Assembly (NCBI GenBank): GCA_977017575.1
Contig: CDRNVI010000156.1
Location: forward strand, 186,001-250,000
DNA length: 64,000 nt
Source of the DNA: Paramoeba atlantica
Lineage: Eukaryota; Protista; Discosea
Direction: 5' to 3'
Position numbers and translations under genes: made by a program. The first letter of the stretch is position 1; every line of letters starts with the position of its first letter. The notes under the pieces are model-generated. The model ran no database searches and was not told the origin of the DNA. It worked only from the letters and a program-made list of their open reading frames with translations. Shown in pieces: positions 36,298 through 47,004 of this stretch.

Positions 36298-37077
36298 ATG
36301 TTTGTTCAATTCACAACCAAACCTCTTTCCTACAATCAACTGTATTATCGAAAAAATAAGCAGAAATTGAAAGAGAGAAAGAATCAAAAGAAAATCGCCC
36401 TTTCTTTGCATGCAAGTCGGCCTCTCGTTTCAGTTCGAAAATTAGTCCTCAACCAAAAATTCGACGAGCTGGAAAAATTGTTGGAAGCTGTTCCTCTGAA
36501 GACGTGTTATCGCAAGTTCATCAAAATGGAATGGAGTTTTCACATTGGGTATACTTCCTTTACTTTTGGAGCAAAATCTTTCACAACCCCTCACCCCATT
36601 CAAACTCCTCCCTACCAAAGTTTGGGGATTTGTACCACCCCCCCCCTCGAAAAACCATCCACTCCTCCATACCAAAAAATTTTATTCTCAAAAGGGACAG
36701 AAATAATGAAGTTGGTGGACCCAGAGTTTGTTTCCAAACAATATGTTGTGCATTTCTCGAAAATGTCTTCTTCTTCTCACGAAGTCCCTCTTCACGTCGA
36801 TGACCACGACATTGCTCCACAGTACATTGTTTATCTTGGAAATTGGACTGGAGCTGAATTACGAGCCTATCAGACCACCAAAGTCGAAAGAACTTCCACA
36901 TATCATTCACTTTCTTCGCCACGTCAATTTCTTTATCTCGACGGACGTTTGGCTCATGAGCTGGTCAAATATAATTTCCAAGGAGTTCGGTATGTAATGA
37001 TTGTTTATCAACTTTGGAGGGAAGATAAACTTACTCCAGATCCTTATTTATTCCCTCCTCAATTGATCGAAATTTAA
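36298..37077 (+). CDS. TET/JBP-like 2OG-Fe(II) dioxygenase (transposon cargo), intronless; ORF open from 36253
   Basis: LHVD (36793-36801)DHDIAPQYIVYLGNWTGAEL...LDGRLAH (36955)...FQGVRY (Arg 36988)VMIVY, i.e. the HxD...H...RYxxxxY double-stranded beta-helix signature. Confidence 0.7.
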   Translation: MFVQFTTKPLSYNQLYYRKNKQKLKERKNQKKIALSLHASRPLVSVRKLVLNQKFDELEKLLEAVPLKTCYRKFIKMEWSFHIGYTSFTFGAKSFTTPHPIQTPPYQSLGICTTPPLEKPSTPPYQKILFSKGTEIMKLVDPEFVSKQYVVHFSKMSSSSHEVPLHVDDHDIAPQYIVYLGNWTGAELRAYQTTKVERTSTYHSLSSPRQFLYLDGRLAHELVKYNFQGVRYVMIVYQLWREDKLTPDPYLFPPQLIEI

Positions 37078-37111
37078 CAAAAAAAAGATAAAAAAGAAGA
37101 TGTATTTTTTT

Positions 37112-37681
37112 TCATTGTAATTTTGTTCCCCAGACACCTTTCGTGAAAAGAAGTTGATATTCAGCTTTTAAAATATACCTGTCCACGAACTTGACAGAAG
37201 AAGAAATGACATCAACACCAAAACTATCGGAAGTTTCGTATTCATAGAGTCGTTCTGCATGTAACGAAATTTTTAATTTCTGTTCTTTTCCCTTTTCTGT
37301 GTTTTGGTCCAATAAAAGAATGCAGATTTGTTTTCCAATTCTCCGACTGCAATCATCTTTTGAGAGAATGTGAGAGCACTCATCGTAATTTGAGTACACC
37401 ACAGCCCATAAAAGGACTTTTTTTTTGAGGGCCCTGATCGTTGCAGGATCAGCAGAAACAAACGGAGAAGCTGGAAGATTTTGTTTCAAAGCAGCAGACC
37501 ACTCTACAACTTTATCCCAACCAAGAATATCCATCTCGAATGACGAACATTTCGCTTGTCTGACTGTTGGGACCATTGTTGCTTTTAATTTTGCGATCAG
37601 TAATTGATGATCTTGTGAGTTTCGAAAGGTTTCCGAACGGTTTCTTTTCTTCTCCCCATTTCCTTTTTCTTCGTCTGCCAT
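37112..37681 (-). CDS. Orphan intronless ORF (~189 aa) inside the transposon
   Basis: Uninterrupted ORF MADEEKGNG...WGTKLQ* with balanced composition, converging on the TET-like gene; no family recognised. Confidence 0.6.
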   Translation of the reverse strand: MADEEKGNGEKKRNRSETFRNSQDHQLLIAKLKATMVPTVRQAKCSSFEMDILGWDKVVEWSAALKQNLPASPFVSADPATIRALKKKVLLWAVVYSNYDECSHILSKDDCSRRIGKQICILLLDQNTEKGKEQKLKISLHAERLYEYETSDSFGVDVISSSVKFVDRYILKAEYQLLFTKGVWGTKLQ

Positions 37682-37757
37682 CAACAATTTGTTTCAAAAC
37701 AACAAGAAAGTTCTTTATTTAGAAATATTCAGTCTCAAACCAAAATTTTCCATAAAC

Positions 37758-37795
37758 TTATTATGGCGGTCTTGTTTCCCCGATTTTACACAACG
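37758..37795 (-). repeat. Right terminal inverted repeat
   Basis: Plus strand TTATTATGGCGGTCTTGTTTCCCCGATTTTACACAACG; its reverse complement matches the left TIR. Confidence 0.85.
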
Positions 37796-37960
37796 AGGAA
37801 CGAGCGGCGTGATGATCGGATGTTGTAAAATCAGAAAAACTTGTAAGACTCTTTTCAGATTTTACGTTTTAAGATGTTTATCAGAATCGTTTCCTCTCTT
37901 TATTTATCCAAATATGGATAATAATTGTTCCCCCTTGTTTTTTTGTTCGTTTTTTTGTTG

Positions 37961-39645
37961 ATGGCAGCAAGTTTTGGTTTGTTGCGTCAGGTTGTTCTTG
38001 TTGGAAGAATCCAAAAGATTCGACTTCTTTCCAAATATCTTTGTTTTTTAGATATTGTTGATCAAGAAACTCAAAAGAATCTCCAAGTTCGAGTAAAAAT
38101 CCCCGAGCTCTATCCTGAAGGTTGGATGAAAGAGAGAAGTTGGCTTTTTTGTTTTCGAAGTCCTTTTGTTTCTCTGACCATTGTTTGCACAGACAGTTAT
38201 CCATCTTTGAAAACACTTTTTTCTATCAATCAGTTAATTAAATGTTGTGGGACAATTGAAAGTACAGGTTTCTTCCTTTTGAGTCAAAGACACAAACTTT
38301 TTTTTCCAAAATGAGATTGTTTCATCACACAGGAAGAACCAATCCTGAAACAATGGAAGAGGGGGTTCGTTTACGATTATCTCCAATCCCAATTTTTGTG
38401 GAAAATTCAGAAGAAACAGATACACTTTCTTTTTCTGAGGAAAATCAGCTGTGCAAAAAATGGCTTCAGATGGTTTGTTCTTTCACTTTTAAATCCAAAT
38501 AAATTCTCTCTCTCATTTCCCATATTCTCTGATAGTTTACATTGGAAGATTACCGAGACCAAAAAGAAAATATCCCAAAATCTTGTATGATGGAGTGTAC
38601 AAGACGCCATTACTTCCAAAATGAAAACGAAGCAACGAATGTTCTCCAGTGGAGGTTAACCTTCTTCTCTTTCTCTCTTATTCTCACTTTTCTCTGAATT
38701 TGCTGTTCATTCTTCCAGACAAAAAAGACTTGAAGATGCGATTAGGTACAGATATTTTTATTCCTAGAAAACCCTTCTTCTCATAGTAACAAGAAATCCT
38801 GATTTTTTCTTCTTCCTCTCTCTCAAAGGGACATCCACCCACAAGACCCCTTCCTCCAAGACCAAAAAAAAACCAAAAGCTGAGTTCGAGAATACTTTGG
38901 CAGATTGGATTACTCTTCATTTTCCAGAGACTCAAATAATCATTGACATCGCAGGAGGGAACGGTCTTCTCAGGTTGGAAAATCTCTTTTTCTCTTCGAT
39001 TTTTTTTTCTTGTGTGTTTCTTAAAAAATGATGTTTCAGCAATTCTTTGAGCCCAAAAATGAATGGTGAAGTCCAGACAATTGTGATTGATCCGAATCCA
39101 CGACCCAAAAGAACGCAAATAATTCAAGTTCACTTTCTTTTATTTGAGAGGAACCGTTTCTCTTTTTTTTTGTTTCAACTCAAAAATCAGCTTTTGACCG
39201 CACATCGTAGGCCCAACAAAAGAGGGATGGAAGAACACCAACAATTTTTATCAAAGATTTCTTTACTCATACTTTCTTTGAGGGACATCAATTTGCCTCT
39301 TTAAAAATCGGTAAAAATTCCTTCTTTTGATTAAGTTTCCCAACCCAAACAACCCAGAGTTGAGTGAGTTGATTCCTCCTCCCTTCTTTTTTTTTAGATT
39401 TTACCAAACAAAAATGCTTAATTGTTGGGTTACACCCTGATGAAGCCACCGAACCACTTATCGACGTTGCTCTCCAATTCGATCTCCCTTTTGTTTGCAT
39501 TCCTTGTTGTATTTTTCCAGTCAAAAAAACAGAAGAGCGGATGACATTCATCGATCGGATTTCCTTTCTTGAATCGAAACAAGACAAGATCGAACGAGAT
39601 TTTCTTCCTGTTCTTGGACGAAACGTTCTTCTTTTCAAGAGATGA
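37961..39645 (+). CDS. Class I SAM-dependent methyltransferase-domain protein, multi-exon
   Basis: Motif I DIAGGNGLL (~38945), TIVIDP, IVGLHPDEATEPLIDVAL...FVCIPCCIFP, LGRNVLLFKR*. Confidence 0.7.
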
Positions 39646-39739
39646 CCAAAGGGGGGAGATCTCTGAAAGGATTCGTCCGGATTCCAACAAAAAAATAAGA
39701 TCGAAACAATTTTTCGAATTCCGACCAGGCAAAAACTGT

Positions 39740-40525
39740 TCAAAAGGGGTTCTTCTTCAAAAGACAAAAAGAGTTTATCGTTTGTTCGACCATCCGTCCT
39801 GTTGTATGTTCAATTGAATGATTTTTGCCTTTTAAACAAGAGGTCTCGAAAAAAATACCTGATGATATGTGGGAGAAATCGTTCATCATTGTCGCTTTTC
39901 GTTCTTCACCTCCTCGCTTGCAATGCAAAGAATACCAGAGGTAACTAAAATTGATCCAAAAGCCCAAGAAAGAGACAAGTTTTCTCCCAATAAAAAACCT
40001 CCTATTCCCTGGAAAACAGTTTGGATTCAACAAAAAAAAACACAAACAAAAAAAGAGTCAACAAAAATCACAACAAAAAAAACAAAAAAACCGTAAAAAG
40101 AAAATTAAATCCAGTAATTGAAACAGTAACTGTGGCAGTTGTAGGTGACTTGTCCATTGTCTTTGCAGTTGTGTTGGTCATTGCTGCATTGCAAAGAAGC
40201 ATCCCCGCTAATGCGATTCCTCTCAAGAGGTAGAGGAGAGCCTTTTTTTGGGGGCGTTGTTGAGAAAAAAACAAAGAAAAATAATTTTAAAAAAGGATAC
40301 CTTTTGGAATTCTTCCCCAAGACCAACAAAAACTTCACCAAAAAGTTGCAAGAGAAAAGACTCTATGACTAAAAAAAAAAATCTCTCAGTATTTGGCAAG
40401 GAAAAGAGGAAGTTTTTCTTGTTAAAAACGAAACCTAACGCATCAAATGCAAGTTTTCCAAGAATTGAAGCGAGTGCAGCAAAAAAACCGGCTTTGGAAG
40501 CCAAAAAGATGATTTCCCTTCTCAT
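39740..40525 (-). CDS. TMEM42: TMEM42-like small DMT-type membrane protein; 3' end approximate
   Basis: AGFFAALASILGKLAF, LLCNAAM...TATVTVSITGFNFLFT, GFLLGENLSLSWAFGSILVTSGILCI. Confidence 0.6.
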
Positions 40526-40815
40526 CACACAACAACACAACACAACAACGACACAAAAAATTCAAAAAAGAAAAGCAAATAAAAAACAAAAAAAACGTCT
40601 TTTTCTGCTTTCCACAAGCTCAAAAAATTAAGATGACGTGGATGATGACACGTCGCTTATTTTAACCAAATTTGGGAAACGTTTTTGGGGCGTTTTTTTT
40701 TTCGGTTTTTTTTGTGGTTTGGTTTCTCTGTTCTTTGTGTTTTTGTTTTGTTTTTTTTTGTTTGGGTGATCGAAGAGTTATTAAAGTGGACACACTTTCT
40801 TGAAGAGTGTGAGAC

Positions 40816-42823
40816 ATGTCCTCTCCTCAGATTAGTGATAAGAAAGAGGAAGCAGGAGGAATTTTGAAAAAATCTTCAAAAGAAGAAAAAGAAGAAAAAG
40901 AAGAAAAAGACAAGAAGCAAGTTGGGTTTGCTCCGGGAAGTGCTCCTGTGATCGAAGTTGATGGAGGGCACTCACCTGTTGTCAAAAAGAACTTTATGGT
41001 CGACATGAAACGACTATCTAAATCACATTATCAAATAAGGGTTTGTTTTTGTTTCTCTTGGTTTCACCCAACAAAAAGACAGAGCGAGAGAGAGATTCTG
41101 TTTTTTATTATAGGGGGAGAAGAATGTGGTGTGAGGAACAAAAAAAGGAGGAGTTATCTTTCAATTAGGAAAGATCTTGACATTTCAAAAGAATTAAAGT
41201 TTTCTTTTTGAACAGCCTTCTTCGTCGAAAGGTCTATCGGAAAAATCGAATATCGAACAAGCGTTTGAGATTATTCGAAAGTTGGAAACAAATTCATCAC
41301 CAAAAGAGCAGCAAGATTTAGCTTTTATTCGATCGATTTTCATCACTCTTTTACGACAAGATCAACAATCTTTTCTCCCTTCTTACCTGATGGATGATAT
41401 GCCATCTGTAGCTCCGAATTCGCCAGGAGTTGCCCCTCCCCCAGCGGTGGTGAAGAGTTGGCTTCGATCAAACTTCTCTCAAGCGCAAGATACTGAAAAT
41501 ACGGTGATTGTTCGACAAGCTGTATCTGCGTTTAAAGGGTTATTGAGTGCTCGAAACGTTCTGGAAGAGACCATATTTGATTATAAGAGTCTCCCTCCTG
41601 AAATGTTGAAAGTTTTAGAAGAAAGAGATTCGTGGGATTTTAATATTTTTTCTTTAAAAAGTGCGGCTGATGGGGATATGAAGCTTGCTGGTGTTGCGTT
41701 GATTCACAAAATCTTTGATGATTGGAATTTTTTCAAGACGTTTCGGGTGAAAAGCTTTCGGTTAAGACGATTTGTTGAAGTGATCATTGATCATTACCGA
41801 GACAATCCATACCACAATTCGACACACATTTTAGATGTTACCCAGACTCTCCATGTGATGTTGAAAGCCGGTTTGAGCGCGTGGTTGACAGATCAACAGC
41901 GATTAGCTTTGATTGTTGCAGGAATTGTTCACGATGTTGAACATGATGGTCTCTCAAATATCTACCACGTGAAAACTTTCTCTACTCGTGCCCTAGCTCA
42001 CAACGATGTTTCTCCTCAAGAGAATCACCATCTAGTTACCGCTTTTACTCTCATGAAGAGAAGAGAATTCTCGATTTTCAGCGAGTTAAACCCAAGTGAC
42101 TTTTCACTCGTTCGAGGAGTTATGATTCGATCTGTCCTCTTTAGCGATATGTCTCAACATTTTAAACTTTTGGAAAATCTTAAAACTTTGACAGACGAGA
42201 AAGGAATCGTTCCTTCCGAAGAGTATGAAGCGAAAGATATTGAATTGATCTGTAGTCTTGCTCTTCACGCAGCGGACATTTCTAATCCTGCGAAACAATT
42301 CCCTCTTGCCAAGGCTTGGACCCAACGTGTTATGACCGAGTTTATGGATCAAGGAGATCTTGAAAGAGAAAGGAAATTCCAAATCTCTCCCATGTGCGAT
42401 CGATTCCAACCAGCTGTTCCTGACTCTCAGTGCGGATTTATCAAGTATGTTGTTCGACCAACTTTTTCATTTTTGAATAAGCTTGTCCCTGGACTTGAAG
42501 CTCCGATTACTCACTTGGATGCGAACTTTGCGATTTGGGATGATCTTCGGTCCAAGTCTAATGATGAACTTGAAGAGATGGATGTCATGCCTCTCAATTA
42601 CAAAGCCACCACCGCTGCGTTAAAAGAAAAACTTGATGTTGCGAAAAAGGCGAAAGAAAACGAGAAGGAGGAAGGGAAATCAGGTGATGACAAACAACCA
42701 AAACAGATCGAACGTACCAAGTCAGATGAAGAAGTTGATGAGAAAAAAAAGAAAAAGAAAGCAAAAGCGAAGAAATTTGCAACACTGGACAAACCACTCA
42801 GTACTCCTGGGGAAGAAAAGTAA
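40816..42823 (+). CDS. Class I cyclic nucleotide phosphodiesterase
   Basis: NPYHNSTH, HDVEHDG, ENHH, SDMSQH, LHAADISNP, EFMDQGD, SQCGFI. Confidence 0.95.
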
Positions 42824-43214
42824 ATCTGTTCTCCTACTACAACAAACTCCCCCCCAACACAACTACAAAACACAGTATATTACCCCCCTCCCTTCTCCTT
42901 CAACCAAAAAGTTGACATGTGTATGTATGCCAATCCTCACTCTTCGCTTCGCTCCGCTCCGCCTTTCTCTTCGCACCCGACAAAAATGGACACCGTAAAT
43001 TCTCTCAACACGATCCAATATTCCTCAACAATTCCAAATATTGTCTCATCAATTTATTACAAAAATATAAATTTTACTGAAATTTGAAAATATCTCTCGG
43101 ATTCTTATCTCTTCGTTGCTTGTTCTATTTTTTTTTCAAAACAAAAACAAAAAGAATTAGAGAAAATTTAAGAAACTTTTCCTCTTTTTTTTATTAATCT
43201 AACGAACGGATTTT

Positions 43215-44584
43215 TTACACACCCCAGACGCGGATCATGTTGTCAGTATAACCAGCATAGAGAGTCTTTCCATCAGCACTCCATGCCAAGGACACACACT
43301 CAGGGTTGGCAGTCATTCCTGGGGAACGGTTCATGAAGAAATCAGGTGTATTTTTGTTCAACTCAGCAACAACACTCTTGGAGTCCAAGTCCTGGAGAAA
43401 AAAAATTAAGTTAAAAAGATTAAAAGAAAAAGAAAAAGATTCGGGTTTGTGGGAAAAAGAGGTAGAGAGATCAAAAAAAAATTGAACGAGGGAAGTTTTC
43501 CTCAAAAACGAATAATTTTTTTTTGGAAACAAAAAAAAAAAATTGAATTGCCAAGAAAAAAAGAAAGAAAGAAAAAAAATACCCAAATTTTGATGGAGGA
43601 ACGAGTACCAGCACACAACCAGTAGCGGTTGGGGGAGAAAACGAGAGCATTGATGATATCTCCAGCTTCGAGAGAACACAAATGCTTTCCTTCGTTCAAA
43701 TCCCACAACATAGCGGTACCATCCTTTCCACCAGAGGCACAGAGGGTGCTGTCAGGAGAAACGGTGACAGTGTTGATGTAACCGGTGTGACCAGGGAGGT
43801 TAGCAATCAACTTGCAGTTTTGGAGGTTCCACACCTAAAAAAAAAAACACAAGAGAGGGGAAAGAGAGAGAGAAAGAGAAAGAGAAAAAGAAAAACTTTC
43901 AGAGAAGTTTAAAAGATTCTTTTTTTGTTCGAACCAAAAAAACAAAAACAAAAACAAAAATTGATTGACGGAATTCACTTCAAAAATAACAACCAACAAA
44001 AAAAAAATATAATTTTGAAATTGACAAACCTTAACCAATTTATCCCATCCAGCAGAGACAATCAAAGGTTTGGCACCATACTCACCAACAGGAGCAACAT
44101 TGGGGGTAAATCTGACACAGCTGACCCACTCACTGTGACAGTTATCCTCAATGGTGTACTTGCAAACTCCAAGAGTGTTCCACAATTTGATGGTCTTGTC
44201 GCGAGATCCAGAGACAATTTGGCGGTTGTCAGCGGAGAAAGCAACACTCAACACATCCTTCTTGTGTCCAACGAATTGGCGGTGGCAAGTTCCTGCGTTG
44301 ATATCCCAAAGACGGAGAGTCCCGTCCCAAGAACCAGACAACACAAATTGACCATCAGAGGAAATCACAACATCAGAAATGTAGTGAGAGTGGCCAGTGA
44401 AAGCTTTGCGAGGTCGTCCAAAGTTGGCAGGATCTTCTCTTGTCAAATCCCAAATAATGATGGACTTGTCACGAGAACCGGTAATGATAACATTCTCTTC
44501 TTCTGGGGGAGTGACAATGGCAGTAACCCAACCAGAGTGACCTTTTAAAACTCCACGAAGAGTGATATTTGGGAGTTGTTCCAT
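43215..44584 (-). CDS. RACK1: RACK1 (Gbeta-like WD40 ribosomal protein), 3 exons
   Basis: [80 protein letters not shown]. Confidence 0.97.
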
Positions 44585-44950
44585 CTTTTGAGAAAAGGAA
44601 AGGAAAAAGGGGGTGGTGAACGAACGCGAAAGGGGGAAAGAGGAGAAAAAGAAAAAGAAAAAAGGGGTGCGAAAGCGTTCTCTTTCAATCTTTTTGGAGT
44701 CCTTTTTTTTTTTTCGTGTTCTTTTTTTGTGACGTTTTTTTTTTTTCTGTTCTTTTTTAGGGTTCCAAACTTTTTAACGGGGGACACCTCGTCATTTTTG
44801 GGGGACACCTTTTCTTTTTTTCGGTTTTCCTTTTTTGTTCTTTGTTTTTTTTCATTGCTTCTTTGTCTTTTGTTTTTTTTGTTTTTGTTTTTGTGAGAAC
44901 CGCCCCCACCCCCTTCCTTGTGGTTGTGTTTTTGACATCAAAGAAGGGAG

Positions 44951-46731
44951 ATGGAGACAGCTGATGAACCTCAGTTATCTTCTTCACCTTCTTCTTCCTC
45001 TCAGAAAGAGGAAAAAAGTGATGAAAAGGAGGGAGAAAGTGATGAAAAGGAGGGAGAAAGTGATGAAAATCCTTCGCATGTTGATGATGAAGAGGCCACC
45101 GACGATGTTGAAGGAGAAAAACAAGTCAAGAGAAATTATCATTTAGATACTTCTCATGGTTTCTTACGAGAAGTTCGTCGAATTCAAGAGAATGTGAATT
45201 TCTTTTTTTCTTCTTTTCCTCATTTTCTTTCTCTCAATCGAAGTTTATTTCTTGATGATTGATTTTCTGTGAAATAGAGGTCTCAATATGAGATCGAACA
45301 AAGCGAGAAAAAAGCTCAAGCTGATAAAGAAAGAAAAGAAAAAGAAGGTTTGTTTTTCTTTTTGTTGAATTACAAGGATAGGATTTAATACTTCAATCTT
45401 TTTTTAAAAAAAACCAACAACACAAAACTTTTTTGTTTTCAACTTTTTCAACTCTATCCTTTTTTGATGGAATTACCACACAGAAAGTGAAAGAGCAGCA
45501 AATAAAAAACAACCTCCAAACCAAAACCAAAACCAAAACCAAAAGCAACCGAGAAAAGATGACGGTGGAGATGTTTGGGATCATGCGATGTTTGAACAAC
45601 TCGAAAAAGTAATTTTTCTTTTTTCAAAAAATTTGAGAAGGAAGAGAAAGATTTCATTTGAGAAGAAAAGAGGGAAAGGAATGTGTTTTCACAATCTCTA
45701 TTGATTTTTTGATCATTGTGTTGTTTTTTGTTGGTTGTTCGCTAGGAATCACAAATGAAAAAAGGAGGACGAAACTACAGGCGGTATGTTGAAACGTTGG
45801 GACCCTCAGCTCCAAAACAAAAAGAAACAGTGGAAGAGAGAAAAGTTCGGATAGAAAAACGTGAACGGACAAAACCTTCGAAAACTTTATATCAACCTCC
45901 TGGGTATGATGATTTCCTTCACTTCATCAAGAGCTCTCCTTCTTCTTCTTCTTCTTCTTCACCCGTTTATTTCTTCTCTTTTCTTTTTTAATTTTCTTTT
46001 TGAAATCTAAAGTCTCCAAATTTAGAGTCAGAAAAAAAACTGTTCCCGAGTCAGAAGAAGAAAAGACACCACCGAGAAAAGTCGATTCCTCTTCTATTCC
46101 AAAACAGAAGGAACAAAAAGGTTCCTTCTTTTCTTTTCTTTTGAAGTGGAAATGAAAGTTTTAACGAGGAAGCCCCTCTTCTTTTTCTTTTAGATGATTC
46201 CTCAAGTCTTGAAATCGATAAAATCCAACAAAGAGAAGCGCTCAGATCAAAACGGGAAGAAGAAATTGGAAAAGAACGTGAAGAAGAACGTTTAAAAGAG
46301 GTTTCTTCTTTCTTTTTCTTTTTCTTTTGTCATTTGCCAATCCAATCACCAAAACTCCCTCTCTTTTTGCCACAAAACAGGTTCAGCGTGCTGCAGAATT
46401 GGAAAAATTTCAAAAAGAGAGAATGGAAGATTTCACAATCATGAAAGGTTTCATTGAAAAAAGGAGAGGGTTGGAAGACAAGAAATCAAATGAAGGAGAG
46501 AGTGGTGGGGATAAAAAGAATCAGCAAAGTGAAAAAAGAGTTCAATTTGTTTTGGATATTGAAACCCAATTTGGTGTCCGTCCACTCCCAGTTGAAGAAG
46601 GAGATAACCCAGAGATCCTGGCACGAGCTTTTTGTAAACAATACAAAATGGAGTCTTACATTTCAAATTTGACACGACATATCGAACAAACACGAAAAAA
46701 GGTCAAAAAAATGAATCCTCTGGGATCATAA
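44951..46731 (+). CDS. Hypothetical charged/coiled-coil protein, multi-exon
   Basis: Acidic N-terminal ORF, several GT-AG-bounded exons, C-terminal FGVRPLPVEEGDNPEILARAFCKQYKM; exon chain not fully resolved. Confidence 0.5.
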
Positions 46732-47004
46732 AACAAAGGGAAGAGAAATGTGAAAGAAAACAAACAAAAAAAAACTCTCTCATTTCAAGAGGAAGGAAAA
46801 ATAAGCCTGTGAAATTGAACGAAAAAAGAAAAAAAACAACAAACAAAAAATCAAAGGCTAAATTTAAAACGCTAAACGCTAAAAAGAAAATCAAAAAGCA
46901 CCCCATTATGGACGCCACTTCTGCTGCAAAACCGCCACTCTTTTTTTCTTTTTTGTTTTTTTTGTTTCTCTTTTTTTTTTATTTTTGGAGAGAGAGGAAA
47001 AAAA

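Larger units (their letters stand above)
33282..37795. mobile_element. Transib/RAG1-like TIR DNA transposon (~4.5 kb) carrying a TET/JBP-like gene and an orphan ORF
   Basis: Bounded by inverted repeats with 15 perfectly matching terminal bp; contains an intact DDE transposase ORF; interrupts a divergent intergenic region between two host genes. Confidence 0.85.

Noticed and set aside
37112-37681. RAG2-like identity for the convergent ORF
   Set aside because: Too short, with no Kelch-type GG repeats or PHD Cys/His pattern.
43390-44030. snoRNA in RACK1 introns (known in yeast and vertebrates)
   Set aside because: No convincing C box/D box pair with terminal stem could be seen; a covariance-model search would be needed.
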